This document shows positions 46,706-55,609 of a stretch of DNA of 64,000 nt, one piece after another. This stretch comes from Flavobacteriales bacterium. GTDB taxonomy: Bacteria; Bacteroidota; Bacteroidia; Flavobacteriales; UBA7312. The stretch spans positions 497 to 64,496 of the forward strand of contig JASJHQ010000035.1 of the NCBI GenBank assembly GCA_037625715.1, read 5' to 3'. How positions within the stretch are numbered: position 1 is the first letter of the stretch; every line of letters begins with the position of its first letter. The translations under genes were made by a program, and so were the position numbers. The notes under the pieces are model-generated. The model was given only the letters and a program-made list of their open reading frames with translations. It made no database searches and was not told where the DNA came from.

Positions 46706-48496
46706 TTAAAATTTATTGGCTATTTCATCAATAGAGATGGTTATAAAGGTACTCTTTTTGTGAATGCCATTTTTAGGCATTTCTATTTCGAAAAGTTGGT
46801 CGATTAGGCTAGACATTTCTAGTTGGTTTAGTTTTCTTCCCGACTTTATCGATGAGCTGACGGATAGGGCTTTTGCCATTTTTTCATTGTTTTTTAAACT
46901 TGAATTGGCTGAATTTTTAAATTCTTCTAAAATTTCATCGAACGACTCTCTTAAGTTTTCCTGATCTAAATCTGAAGGGATTCCTAAGAATACTAAACTA
47001 CTTTTTCCTAAAAAATCAAAAATAAACCCAGATTCGTTTAATTCATCCGTAATTTCTTTTGCTAGAGAAAAATCTTGAGAAGAAAGCTCTATCGTTTGAG
47101 GAAATAATAGTTGTTGAGAGTCAATTTTTTCTTCAAATTGAATGTATTTATTAAATAATATTTTTTGATGGGCTCTTTGTTGATGAATAACCATAAGTCC
47201 AGATTTTATAGGAGAGAGGATGTATTTGTCTTGTATTTGAATTAATGATTTTTGAATGTAATCTTCGTTAGTCTCTAACGAAGATTGAACAATTTTATTT
47301 TTATTTATTTTCTCTTCTTCCTCATGGTTTAGTTCAAATAGTTTTTCCCAATTTTCATTATTGTTTTTTGATTGTGTTGGTGCTGATTTTTTTTCAAAAG
47401 GGTTGTAAGTATTGTCAACATTTATTGTTGGTATTTTTAAGTTTACATCTTTTGGTGCAGTAGTGTCAAATGCAGGATCTCTATTGAAATCTAAGCTTGG
47501 TGTAATGTTATGTTGTCCTAGCGCGTGTTTTGTGCTTGATCTAAGTATGGCATAAATACTTTTTTCATCTTCAAATTTTATTTCTGTTTTTGTAGGATGA
47601 ATATTTATGTCAATTAGGCTAGGATCTATTTCAAAAAATAAGAAGTAGGATGGGATTTGTTCTTTTGGAATCAAATCTTGGTAGGCCGATACGATTGCAT
47701 GATGAAGGTAGCCACTTTTTATAAATCGATTGTTTACAAAAAAGTATTGTTCCCCTCTGGTTTTTCTTGCGAATTCAGGCTTTCCGATAAATCCGCTTAT
47801 TGTAGTAAAAGTAGTTTCTTCGTTAATCGGAACTAATTTTTCATTGTAATTTCTCCCCATAACAGAGCTGATTCTCTGCCTTAGGTTGCTTTTTTGAAGG
47901 TTAAAAACTTCATTGTCGTTGTGGTGAAACGTAAAGCTTATTTGTGGATTTGCTAGACATACTCTAGTAAACTCCTCAATAATGTGTTTTAACTCAACAT
48001 TGTCACTTTTTAAAAAGTTTCTTCTAGCGGGAACATTAAAGAATAAATTTTTAATGCTAATGGATGTTCCATTGTTGGTTGCACAGTTTTCTTGTGTTTT
48101 TAGTTGGCTCCCTTCTATAGATATGAAGGTTCCAAGTTCTGTGTTTTTAGTTTTTGTTTTGAGGTCTACTTGCGATATCGCTGCAATAGAAGCCATCGCT
48201 TCGCCTCTAAAGCCCATTGATTTAATAGAGAATAAATCATCAGCTTCTTTTATCTTAGAGGTTGCATGGCGCTCGAAACACATTCTAGCGTCTGTTTCAC
48301 TCATCCCAGAGCCATTATCAACAACCTGAATTAAAGTTCTTCCGGCATCTTTTATGATTAGCTTAATACTTGTAGCTCTAGAGTCAACCGAATTTTCAAT
48401 TAATTCTTTAACTGCAGATGCTGGTCGTTGAATAACTTCACCAGCAGCAATTTGGTTTGCAACATGATCAGGTAAGAGTTGTATAATATCAGACAT
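46706..48496 (-). CDS. mutL: DNA mismatch repair protein MutL
   Basis: 596 aa. ANQIAAGEVI, ELIENSVD, DNGSGM, GFRGEALASI-like GHKL ATPase motifs. Confidence 0.93.
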   Translation of the reverse strand: MSDIIQLLPDHVANQIAAGEVIQRPASAVKELIENSVDSRATSIKLIIKDAGRTLIQVVDNGSGMSETDARMCFERHATSKIKEADDLFSIKSMGFRGEAMASIAAISQVDLKTKTKNTELGTFISIEGSQLKTQENCATNNGTSISIKNLFFNVPARRNFLKSDNVELKHIIEEFTRVCLANPQISFTFHHNDNEVFNLQKSNLRQRISSVMGRNYNEKLVPINEETTFTTISGFIGKPEFARKTRGEQYFFVNNRFIKSGYLHHAIVSAYQDLIPKEQIPSYFLFFEIDPSLIDINIHPTKTEIKFEDEKSIYAILRSSTKHALGQHNITPSLDFNRDPAFDTTAPKDVNLKIPTINVDNTYNPFEKKSAPTQSKNNNENWEKLFELNHEEEEKINKNKIVQSSLETNEDYIQKSLIQIQDKYILSPIKSGLMVIHQQRAHQKILFNKYIQFEEKIDSQQLLFPQTIELSSQDFSLAKEITDELNESGFIFDFLGKSSLVFLGIPSDLDQENLRESFDEILEEFKNSANSSLKNNEKMAKALSVSSSIKSGRKLNQLEMSSLIDQLFEIEMPKNGIHKKSTFITISIDEIANKF

Positions 48497-48499
48497 ATA

Positions 48500-48772
48500 T
48501 TATTTTAAAAGTAAATAACTTATAACTAGCAAAGCTATAACAATTAATAAAATAGTACGGTTAGAATTTTTATTTGATTTAGCACGACTACTAGGCCCCC
48601 ATGGGTTATCAAATTTTATTGATTCATTTGTGGAGTTATTTTGTTCAATAATTCGTTTTAATTCTTCTTTCCTTTTATTGTAATATCTTGCTTTGAAACT
48701 AAATTTACGGTGTGGAGATGATTTAAAAAAGCTTGGTAATTTGGGTGCAATCATAAGTACAAAAATAATCAT
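48500..48772 (-). CDS. Small basic tail-anchored protein upstream of mutL (start uncertain)
   Basis: Up to 90 aa. Lys/Arg/Asn-rich with one C-terminal TM helix (TILLIVIALLVISYLLL). 3 nt from the mutL start. Confidence 0.4.
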   Translation of the reverse strand: MIIFVLMIAPKLPSFFKSSPHRKFSFKARYYNKRKEELKRIIEQNNSTNESIKFDNPWGPSSRAKSNKNSNRTILLIVIALLVISYLLLK

Positions 48773-48901
48773 TTTTAATGTTAAAAGGGTAGGGTAGATG
48801 TGTACTGGTTTTTTGTATATTTTTTGTTGTGATTGACGACGAATTGATACTTATGTAAACATTAAAAGTTGAAATTTTTATCTGTATTGAGACTAGATTG
48901 T

Positions 48902-48909
48902 TACATTTG
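48902..48909 (+). promoter_or_regulatory. Second, distal -7 box (TACATTTG) in the 300-bp intergenic region
   Basis: Exact TAnnTTTG within GTTACATTTGTA, a 12-nt direct repeat of the proximal box at 49050. It lies 166 nt upstream of the HTH gene. Confidence 0.35.
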
Positions 48910-48939
48910 TATCAAATAAACCATAACTAACTAAAAATC

Positions 48940-48969
48940 AATGATTAATATGTATTCACATTAATCATT
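48940..48969. repeat. Perfect 10-bp inverted repeat with a 10-nt spacer
   Basis: AATGATTAAT-ATGTATTCAC-ATTAATCATT, lying between the two -7 boxes. Confidence 0.6.
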
Positions 48970-49051
48970 AATTTAATTAATTTCGTTCTATTTCTTTCAT
49001 TATAACCATAATATTGATTCCATTGTTAGTTGTAATTGATTAATTTATGGT

Positions 49052-49059
49052 TACATTTG
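49052..49059 (+). promoter_or_regulatory. -7 box (TACATTTG) with TTG 19 nt upstream, for the HTH gene
   Basis: TAnnTTTG at 49052-49059, TTG at 49030-49032, ATG at 49075. Confidence 0.5.
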
Positions 49060-49074
49060 TAACACAACGTTATT

Positions 49075-49398
49075 ATGAAAGATCGTATTCAAAAAATAAT
49101 CGAAAACTACAATTTAACTTCTAATTCTTTTGCTCAAGAAATAGAAGTTAATCGGTCTACAATATCCCATATTTTAACTGGTAGAAATAAGCCAAGTATT
49201 GAAGTTGTTCAGAAAATCTTAAAAAGGTTTAATATCATATCTTCTGACTGGCTTTTGCTTGGAAATGGAAATATGGAAACTTCTAATAATCACAAAGTCC
49301 AATCTAATAACTCAATTGTTGCGAATCCTGCAAAAGAGGTAGAGAAAATCATTGTTGTTTATAGCGATCAAACTTTTAAAGAATATAAGCCATCTTAA
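49075..49398 (+). CDS. XRE-family helix-turn-helix DNA-binding protein
   Basis: 107 aa. LTSNSFAQEIEVNRSTISHILTGRNKPSIEVVQKILKRF, a classic HTH_3-type motif. Confidence 0.75.
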   Translation: MKDRIQKIIENYNLTSNSFAQEIEVNRSTISHILTGRNKPSIEVVQKILKRFNIISSDWLLLGNGNMETSNNHKVQSNNSIVANPAKEVEKIIVVYSDQTFKEYKPS

Positions 49399-49437
49399 AA
49401 TCTCATTTTGTAATTTTGGTTTTCAAACTTTTGATAA

Positions 49438-50469
49438 ATGTATAAGTATCTCGTTAGACCAATTTTATTCCTTTTCAATCCTGAATTTATTCATCATTTT
49501 ACCTTCAAGGTTTTAAAATTAGCATCCTATATTCCATTCAAAATGAAGTCATGGAATCTTATTTTTAATATTAAAGATGATAAGTTAAAAAGAGATGTTT
49601 TAGGATTGACGTTTAATAATCCTGTTGGGCTTGCTGCTGGTTTCGATAAAGATGCTAAACTTTTTGATGAACTAGCTTCTTTCGGTTTTGGTTTTGTTGA
49701 AATAGGGACAGTAACTCCATTGCCACAAGATGGTAACCCGAAACCAAGATTATTTAGGTTGCCTCAAGACGAATCTTTAATTAATAGAATGGGGTTTAAT
49801 AATAGTGGGGTTGATATTGTAGTTGAGAGATTAAAAAACAGAAAATCCTCTGTTATTATTGGTGGAAATATTGGTAAAAACAAAGTTACTCCAAACGACT
49901 TAGCATATAAAGATTACGAAATATGCTTTACTAAATTATTTGATTATGTAGATTATTTTGTTGTAAACGTTAGCTCTCCAAACACTCCTGGACTAAGAGA
50001 ATTACAGGATAAAAAACCATTAACTAAAATTTTAAACGGTTTACAATTTCTAAATAATCAAAAGCCAATTAGAAAACCAATTTTATTGAAAATTGCTCCT
50101 GACCTTTCTTTGGAGCAATTAGATGAAATTGTTGAAATTATAAACGAAACTAAATTAGATGGAGTTATCGCCTCTAACACTACTGTTGATAGATCTAATC
50201 TTAAGTCAGATCGTATTTTTGTAGAAAACATTGGAAATGGTGGTTTGAGTGGTAAAGCAATTACAAAAAAGTCTACAGATATAATTAAGTATTTATCTCA
50301 AAAATCAAAAGGTTCATTTGTGATTATAGGAGTAGGTGGTATCCATTGTGAAAAGGATGCTATTGAAAAATTAGATGCTGGAGCAAGTCTTATCCAGATT
50401 TATACAGGATTTGTTTATCAAGGTCCTTCTATTGTTAAAAATATTAACAAGGCACTTTTAAAATTATGA
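49438..50469 (+). CDS. pyrD: Dihydroorotate dehydrogenase (quinone), class 2
   Basis: 343 aa. N-terminal membrane-association helix, [31 protein letters not shown]. Confidence 0.92.
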   Translation: MYKYLVRPILFLFNPEFIHHFTFKVLKLASYIPFKMKSWNLIFNIKDDKLKRDVLGLTFNNPVGLAAGFDKDAKLFDELASFGFGFVEIGTVTPLPQDGNPKPRLFRLPQDESLINRMGFNNSGVDIVVERLKNRKSSVIIGGNIGKNKVTPNDLAYKDYEICFTKLFDYVDYFVVNVSSPNTPGLRELQDKKPLTKILNGLQFLNNQKPIRKPILLKIAPDLSLEQLDEIVEIINETKLDGVIASNTTVDRSNLKSDRIFVENIGNGGLSGKAITKKSTDIIKYLSQKSKGSFVIIGVGGIHCEKDAIEKLDAGASLIQIYTGFVYQGPSIVKNINKALLKL

Positions 50470-51311
50470 AAATTATAGAATGTCCTAGAGATGCGATGCA
50501 GGGTCTTGAAAAGTTTGTTGATACTGACCTTAAAGCTTCCTATATAAACAGACTTTTAAAGGTTGGTTTCGATACTATTGATTTTGGAAGTTTTGTTTCT
50601 GAAAAAGCCATTCCACAAATGAGAGATACTGCTCAATTAATTACTAAGCTCGATGATAGTCCGACAAAACTTTTAGCCATTATAGCTAACAAAAGAGGAG
50701 CCATTGATGCTTGTTCTTTTGATAGAATTAATTATTTGGGATTTCCTTTTTCTATTTCTGAAGAATTTCAAAAAAGAAATACTAATAAGACTATCGAACA
50801 GTCATTAATATCTTTAAGCGAAATTCAAGAATTAGCTTTTAAAAATAATAAGTCTTTGGTTGTTTATTTATCCATGGCTTTTGGAAACCCTTACAATGAA
50901 AAATGGCATGAAGATATGGTTGCTCTATGGGCTGAAAAAGTAATAGATTTAGGAGTAAATACATTGGCTTTGTCTGATACAATTGGCGTTTCTAATAAAT
51001 CAAATATAAGATCGCTTTTTCAATTATTGACCACTGAATTCCCTAAAGTAGAATGGGGCGCTCACTTACATACCACAAAGGATAGTTGGAAAGAAAAGGT
51101 AGAGTCAGCTTACAATAGTGGTTGCAGAAGGTTTGACGCTGCTATAATGGGTTTTGGCGGCTGCCCTATGGCTTACGATGCTTTAGTAGGAAACTTGGCT
51201 ACTGAGAGCTTAATTTCTTTCTTGCATGAAAAAAAGTTAGACCACAGCATAAATACTTTAGCTTTTGAAAGCGCTTATAATAAGTCCTTAGAGATTTTTA
51301 ACCATCATTAA
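50466..51311 (+). CDS. Hydroxymethylglutaryl-CoA lyase
   Basis: 281 aa. [36 protein letters not shown] overlap with pyrD. Confidence 0.88.
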   Translation: MKIIECPRDAMQGLEKFVDTDLKASYINRLLKVGFDTIDFGSFVSEKAIPQMRDTAQLITKLDDSPTKLLAIIANKRGAIDACSFDRINYLGFPFSISEEFQKRNTNKTIEQSLISLSEIQELAFKNNKSLVVYLSMAFGNPYNEKWHEDMVALWAEKVIDLGVNTLALSDTIGVSNKSNIRSLFQLLTTEFPKVEWGAHLHTTKDSWKEKVESAYNSGCRRFDAAIMGFGGCPMAYDALVGNLATESLISFLHEKKLDHSINTLAFESAYNKSLEIFNHH

Positions 51312-53153
51312 GTTTTCTTCTTGATTGTTTCGGTATATTAATTTAACAATATATATGCCATTGTTAAAGCCACTCATTTCAATAGATGGCAAATAATCTC
51401 CTTTATAAATCACTTCTCCTAAAATGGAATTGACTTGAATAAATTCAATTTCTTCATTTTCCATAAAATATATCTTATCCTTTACAGGATTTGGGTAGGC
51501 TAAAATTTGTTTAATATTTTCTTCTATACTTGATAAATTCTCTATAGATATTGTTTTTGATCCTTGCATATTTGATCCGTCTAGGCTTGTTGCAATAACT
51601 AAAATGGAACCAGTTGAAATAGGGGAAAGTAGTCCGTCTTCATCTATAAATGCAGATCCATCTTGATTTTCAACCGACCATTGAATTTCAATATCTTGTA
51701 TTTCTTGTGGTATTAAGCTTGCTTGCATTTGAGTGTAGTCATTCAAATCAACTATGTCATTTCCTGTTATGGTATTTACAATAATGTTTTGCAGGCTAAA
51801 ATATTCTACAATAGTAATTATAGTCTCTCCAGTTGCTTGAGACCCATCGTTTGCACTTGCTACAACTTTCACTGTCCCTAAGCTCATTGGACTAATCAAG
51901 CCACTTTCAGAAATGTTTGCTGTTCCGCTTAATGGCTCAATACTCCAAGTGACTGAGGTGTCATTAGCAAAAGATGGAAATATATCGGCTATCATTTGAA
52001 GTGTTTGAGAAGTAGAAACATTTTCAAAATTATAGAAATTTCGAACTATTACAGAGTCTACTAGAGTAATTGGGTCATTTATTTCTATTATCAAACTATC
52101 ACTAATGTTTGTTCCATCCGTAGTTACGGCTTTGATGCAGACTAATCCTATGTTTTGCCCGCTAAAAAGCCCGTTTTGGTCAATTAATCCTGATCCAGTT
52201 ATATTTGTCACGCTCCAAGCTAAAGAGTCGTATGAAGGATTAGCAGGAAGTAAATTTGCTCCTAATTGTAAATCATTATTAATTACAATTTGATTCTCTC
52301 CATTTACACTAAATATTTCAAGATCAGTTATGTAGGTTGGACTAATAACAAGTACTGAAATCTGACCTGAGTTTCCAGAACCGTCATTAGGAATGGCATT
52401 AACTAAAATAGTGCCTGCTGTTTCACCATATACTACGCCATTTTGATCTATTGTACCAGTACCCGTTTGATTTTCTCTTTCCCAAAATAAAGACATATCA
52501 GTGGCATTGATTGGAAGTATTACTGCTTCTAATGCTAGGCTTTCACCAATTAAAACTTCTGCAACTCCGCTGACTGCTTGTAAGTTTATAGATTCAATGA
52601 GTACATTCTGCTGAACACCAATTTCTCCAGCATCTATGTTAGCGTCCGCAGTAGAGTTGTAGGCATATTCTTTAATAATTAAATTATCATCATCAATATC
52701 TAATAAAATCCAGCCATAATAGAATTGACCATCTTTTTCAAATTTTACTCCGGCATATGTATCTGTCATTAAAATAGCAAAATTTGAAAAAAATGCATCC
52801 ATTACTACTGGAAATGGACTTGATGAAGAAAAGTTTTCTCCAGGACCTATGTTGTCTCCTAAATCTAATATGGTAAGATAACCTCCTCCATTCGGACTCG
52901 AAAAAAAACCTTCAATTATTAAATTATTATTTGTATTAACATATGTTAATCTTAATGTAGCGGAAAGCCAATTCCACTCAAAATTAAAATCATTTATTCC
53001 ATCATTGTCCATGTCAATTGGGTATGAATTCGTAGAGCCAGAGCTATCATCTAATAAAAGACTAAAATCTGGTGAAATATCTGTGTATATTACTTGAGCA
53101 TTTGTTGCCAGCACACATAAAGCTAGAATTATAATTATATTTAGTTTTTTCAT
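51288..53153 (-). CDS. Secreted protein with about five Big_2-like Ig repeats and a T9SS type A C-terminal sorting domain
   Basis: 621 aa, signal peptide ending NAQ. Repeated ...L.A.ILP.NA.D.S..W...N.TGTG.ID.NG...G...G... units. C-terminus AYPNPVKDKIYF...NNGIYIVKL. Confidence 0.8.
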   Translation of the reverse strand: MKKLNIIIILALCVLATNAQVIYTDISPDFSLLLDDSSGSTNSYPIDMDNDGINDFNFEWNWLSATLRLTYVNTNNNLIIEGFFSSPNGGGYLTILDLGDNIGPGENFSSSSPFPVVMDAFFSNFAILMTDTYAGVKFEKDGQFYYGWILLDIDDDNLIIKEYAYNSTADANIDAGEIGVQQNVLIESINLQAVSGVAEVLIGESLALEAVILPINATDMSLFWERENQTGTGTIDQNGVVYGETAGTILVNAIPNDGSGNSGQISVLVISPTYITDLEIFSVNGENQIVINNDLQLGANLLPANPSYDSLAWSVTNITGSGLIDQNGLFSGQNIGLVCIKAVTTDGTNISDSLIIEINDPITLVDSVIVRNFYNFENVSTSQTLQMIADIFPSFANDTSVTWSIEPLSGTANISESGLISPMSLGTVKVVASANDGSQATGETIITIVEYFSLQNIIVNTITGNDIVDLNDYTQMQASLIPQEIQDIEIQWSVENQDGSAFIDEDGLLSPISTGSILVIATSLDGSNMQGSKTISIENLSSIEENIKQILAYPNPVKDKIYFMENEEIEFIQVNSILGEVIYKGDYLPSIEMSGFNNGIYIVKLIYRNNQEENLMMVKNL

Positions 53154-53155
53154 TT

Positions 53156-55285
53156 TTATTGATTTAATAATATTTTTCTTGTTATTTCTGTTTGTTCGCT
53201 AGCATTTTTATAGAAAAATTCAAATCTACTAACATATACTCCAGATTGGCACTTTACATTATTGCAGCTGCCATCCCATTTATTGTTTTGGTCTGTACTT
53301 TCAAAAATTATATTACCCCATTTATCAAATATTTTATGGTTAAACCTGTAAACATCACAATTGAATTGATATTGGTAATAATCATTTAATAAGTCTTTGT
53401 TTGGGGAAAAGGCGTTGGGAATGAAAGCTTTGCAATTACAATTTTCAGTCTCAACACTAATTGTGTCAACTGTAAATCCACATTTATTAGATAGCCTAAC
53501 CCAATAATCGCCTTTGCCTTCTACTGATGTTATAGTGTCTTCTGAAAAGTTGTGCCATAAGATTGATTCATAAGATTCTCCAGAAACCTTTATATCTATT
53601 GATTCGTTTTCGCATATTATAGTGTCTTTAGAAATGGATGTTATTATAGGAAAGAGTTTGACTTTTATTTTTATTGTATCCGAATACATTTTGCAGCCAT
53701 CTAGAGTAACGTTTAGCCATTGTTCGCTGTTGTAGTTAGCTATTTTTATTGGTTCTTTAAATCCATCAAACCAAGAATAGTCATCATATATAGTATCAAC
53801 CATTAGAAAAAAAGGTTCGCCTTCACAAATTGTTGTGTCATTTCCTAGTTTAATTCTTGACCTAGAACGAACTATAATAGAGTCTTTACTTACACACTGA
53901 TCAAGCGCTACTTCTAGAGTATATAAACCTTCATTCTTTACGCTGAAGTTATCTAAGTTAGAACCATCTTGCCATTTGAAGCTAGTGCCATTAGTTTCTG
54001 CTGTTAATATAAAATCAAGCTCCTCATTACATATAATAGTATCATTTCCTAGCTCAACAATTGGCATAGGCTTGTTGTTTATATAAATAGTATCATAACT
54101 ATAACATCCAAGGTTGTTAACCTCTACATTGTAATACCCTGTGTCTGTAACTAAAAAACTATTCAGATTTGAACCGTCTTGCCATTTGTATACTACATTT
54201 GATGTGTTTTCTATATTTAGTAGCTCAATGTCTCCGACACATATACTTAAATCAGGACCTAGGTCTGGATTTCCAAACGGAATTATATTTAGAGTAATTG
54301 TATCAGTTACTATAATGAAATTATTAAAGTTTATTTCTACGTAATGGTTACTTTGCTCGTTTAAATAATTGCTTGAGTTTATCGAGTTATCATTCCATAG
54401 AAAACTTACTTCATCTAATTCGTAGTTTACATTAGTGCTGTCACCAAAACAAATATCAATATTGTTGTTTTTAGAAATTGTTTGAAGCTGTATATTATCA
54501 ACAAATGAGTTTAATCCAGTTCCTTGACGTATATATATTCCATCTAAATTTGCTCGATTACTAGGGTTTTCTCCATTTACTACTAAGTCTGCATTTATGT
54601 TTTGAAGTGAGGATATTATTTGCCAATTTTCTGTCAATCCGAATTCTTTGTAAAAGACGCTTATTGAACCATGGTTGTTATTAGCAACAAAATCTACAAA
54701 TACTCTATATTCGGCAATGTTGTTAGTAGGGAGTGGACAGCTAGCGACTGGATCATAGCTATTGGTATATAGTTCTAAGATATAGTTTCCGAAAGCATCC
54801 ATTTTGGTAATCAGACCTAAACCTAATTCGTCATTGTCAGAAGTCATGCAGTCAATAGCGTAATCTCCATCGTTGTTTTTGTCATAGGCGAGTCTTAATT
54901 CTTTGTATTCAAGACCATTTCCGAATACAAAATCGAAAAATAAATACTTTTCGTTCTCAAGATTTGGGATAGACCAATTTTGGTTGTTTTTTCTAGAAGC
55001 TGTTGAGAATTGACCAGGATTATAGCCGTTGAATACTATTGCTTTTTCGTTGTTATAGCTTCCTAAATTAGGGGTGTTTAATACTTCTGTAGGGATTTCT
55101 GACCCTGGAGCTGCAGGACAGACATTAAAAGTTGTTAAAGTTGAAAAGTTGGAGTAAATGACCCAATTGTCTTGATTATTAAGGCTTCCAAAAGTTAAAT
55201 TTTCAAAATTATATTCTTCGTAAATTTGAGAGTAGGAGCTAAAAAAAGAAAATAGAAGTATAAAAATACAGTTAAGTTTTTTCAT
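53156..55285 (-). CDS. Secreted protein with five Cys-pair repeats and a T9SS type B (gliding-motility-associated) C-terminal domain
   Basis: 709 aa, signal peptide ending YSQ. Five ~58-aa repeats (D-T-x-I-C-x...W-x-DGS...G-x-Y...C...D-x-I). C-terminus IPNAFSPNKDLLND...WDGSCNN...GVYVSRFEF. Confidence 0.8.
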   Translation of the reverse strand: MKKLNCIFILLFSFFSSYSQIYEEYNFENLTFGSLNNQDNWVIYSNFSTLTTFNVCPAAPGSEIPTEVLNTPNLGSYNNEKAIVFNGYNPGQFSTASRKNNQNWSIPNLENEKYLFFDFVFGNGLEYKELRLAYDKNNDGDYAIDCMTSDNDELGLGLITKMDAFGNYILELYTNSYDPVASCPLPTNNIAEYRVFVDFVANNNHGSISVFYKEFGLTENWQIISSLQNINADLVVNGENPSNRANLDGIYIRQGTGLNSFVDNIQLQTISKNNNIDICFGDSTNVNYELDEVSFLWNDNSINSSNYLNEQSNHYVEINFNNFIIVTDTITLNIIPFGNPDLGPDLSICVGDIELLNIENTSNVVYKWQDGSNLNSFLVTDTGYYNVEVNNLGCYSYDTIYINNKPMPIVELGNDTIICNEELDFILTAETNGTSFKWQDGSNLDNFSVKNEGLYTLEVALDQCVSKDSIIVRSRSRIKLGNDTTICEGEPFFLMVDTIYDDYSWFDGFKEPIKIANYNSEQWLNVTLDGCKMYSDTIKIKVKLFPIITSISKDTIICENESIDIKVSGESYESILWHNFSEDTITSVEGKGDYWVRLSNKCGFTVDTISVETENCNCKAFIPNAFSPNKDLLNDYYQYQFNCDVYRFNHKIFDKWGNIIFESTDQNNKWDGSCNNVKCQSGVYVSRFEFFYKNASEQTEITRKILLNQ

Positions 55286-55394
55286 TTATTAAGTATTTGG
55301 CGTTTAAGAATGTTTAAGAATATAAATATAGCGATAAATATTTAAATATTTAAATATTAAACTTAATTTCGCAATTCAATTTTGGTCATGTCTT

Positions 55395-55545
55395 TGAATG
55401 AAAAGATAGGTTAAAAGGGAAGGAGGTGTAAATCCTCAACTGTACTCGCAGCTGTAAGCTCTGTATTTTTGAATATTCTAACAACCACTGTGTATCGGGA
55501 AGGTTTTTCAAAATGGAGTAAGTCAGAAGACCTGCCATTGTTGCT
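55395..55545 (+). promoter_or_regulatory. Cobalamin (B12) riboswitch
   Basis: Conserved core read by eye: AGGTTAAAAGGGAAGGAGGTGTAAATCC (55408-55435), CTGTACTCGCAGCTGTAAG (55440-55458), CCACTGTGTATCGGGAAGG (55485-55503), B12 box AGTCAGAAGACCTGCC (55521-55536). Boundaries are approximate. Confidence 0.8.
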
Positions 55546-55609
55546 ATTTATAAATAACTTCGAGATTAAAGTTTTTTATGACAGTCTACTAATTAATAAA
55601 TTTTTACAC

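Noticed and set aside
47982-48329. 115-aa ORF antisense to the mutL ATPase domain
   Set aside because: It lies inside the best-conserved part of mutL, with no recognisable motif or promoter box.
49075-49398. XRE-type HTH protein as a prophage repressor or TA component
   Set aside because: There is no partner ORF, integrase or phage gene nearby. It is flanked by the mutL operon and pyrD.
55302-55359. Tandem repeats in the divergent promoter region: GTTTAAGAA x2 (55302-55320) and the self-complementary octamer AAATATTT x3 (55336-55359)
   Set aside because: They are short and extremely AT-rich, so they are plausibly chance or curvature elements of a divergent promoter. No evidence ties them to a regulator. 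They could be revisited if the region is conserved in relatives.
55388-55414. 8-codon mini-ORF (MSLNEKIG) at the 5' edge of the riboswitch
   Set aside because: It overlaps the conserved riboswitch core sequence. It is most likely coincidental, with no leader-peptide logic for a B12 element.
55469-55609. N-terminal extension of the riboswitch-controlled gene (track start at 55469)
   Set aside because: It would place the start codon inside the conserved riboswitch core. A canonical signal peptide begins at the Met at 55610.
55546-55609. Possible intrinsic terminator as the riboswitch expression platform (AACTT-N8-AAGTT followed by TTTTTAT)
   Set aside because: It is only a 5-bp AT-rich stem, too weak to call. 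The regulatory mechanism (transcriptional versus translational) is left open.
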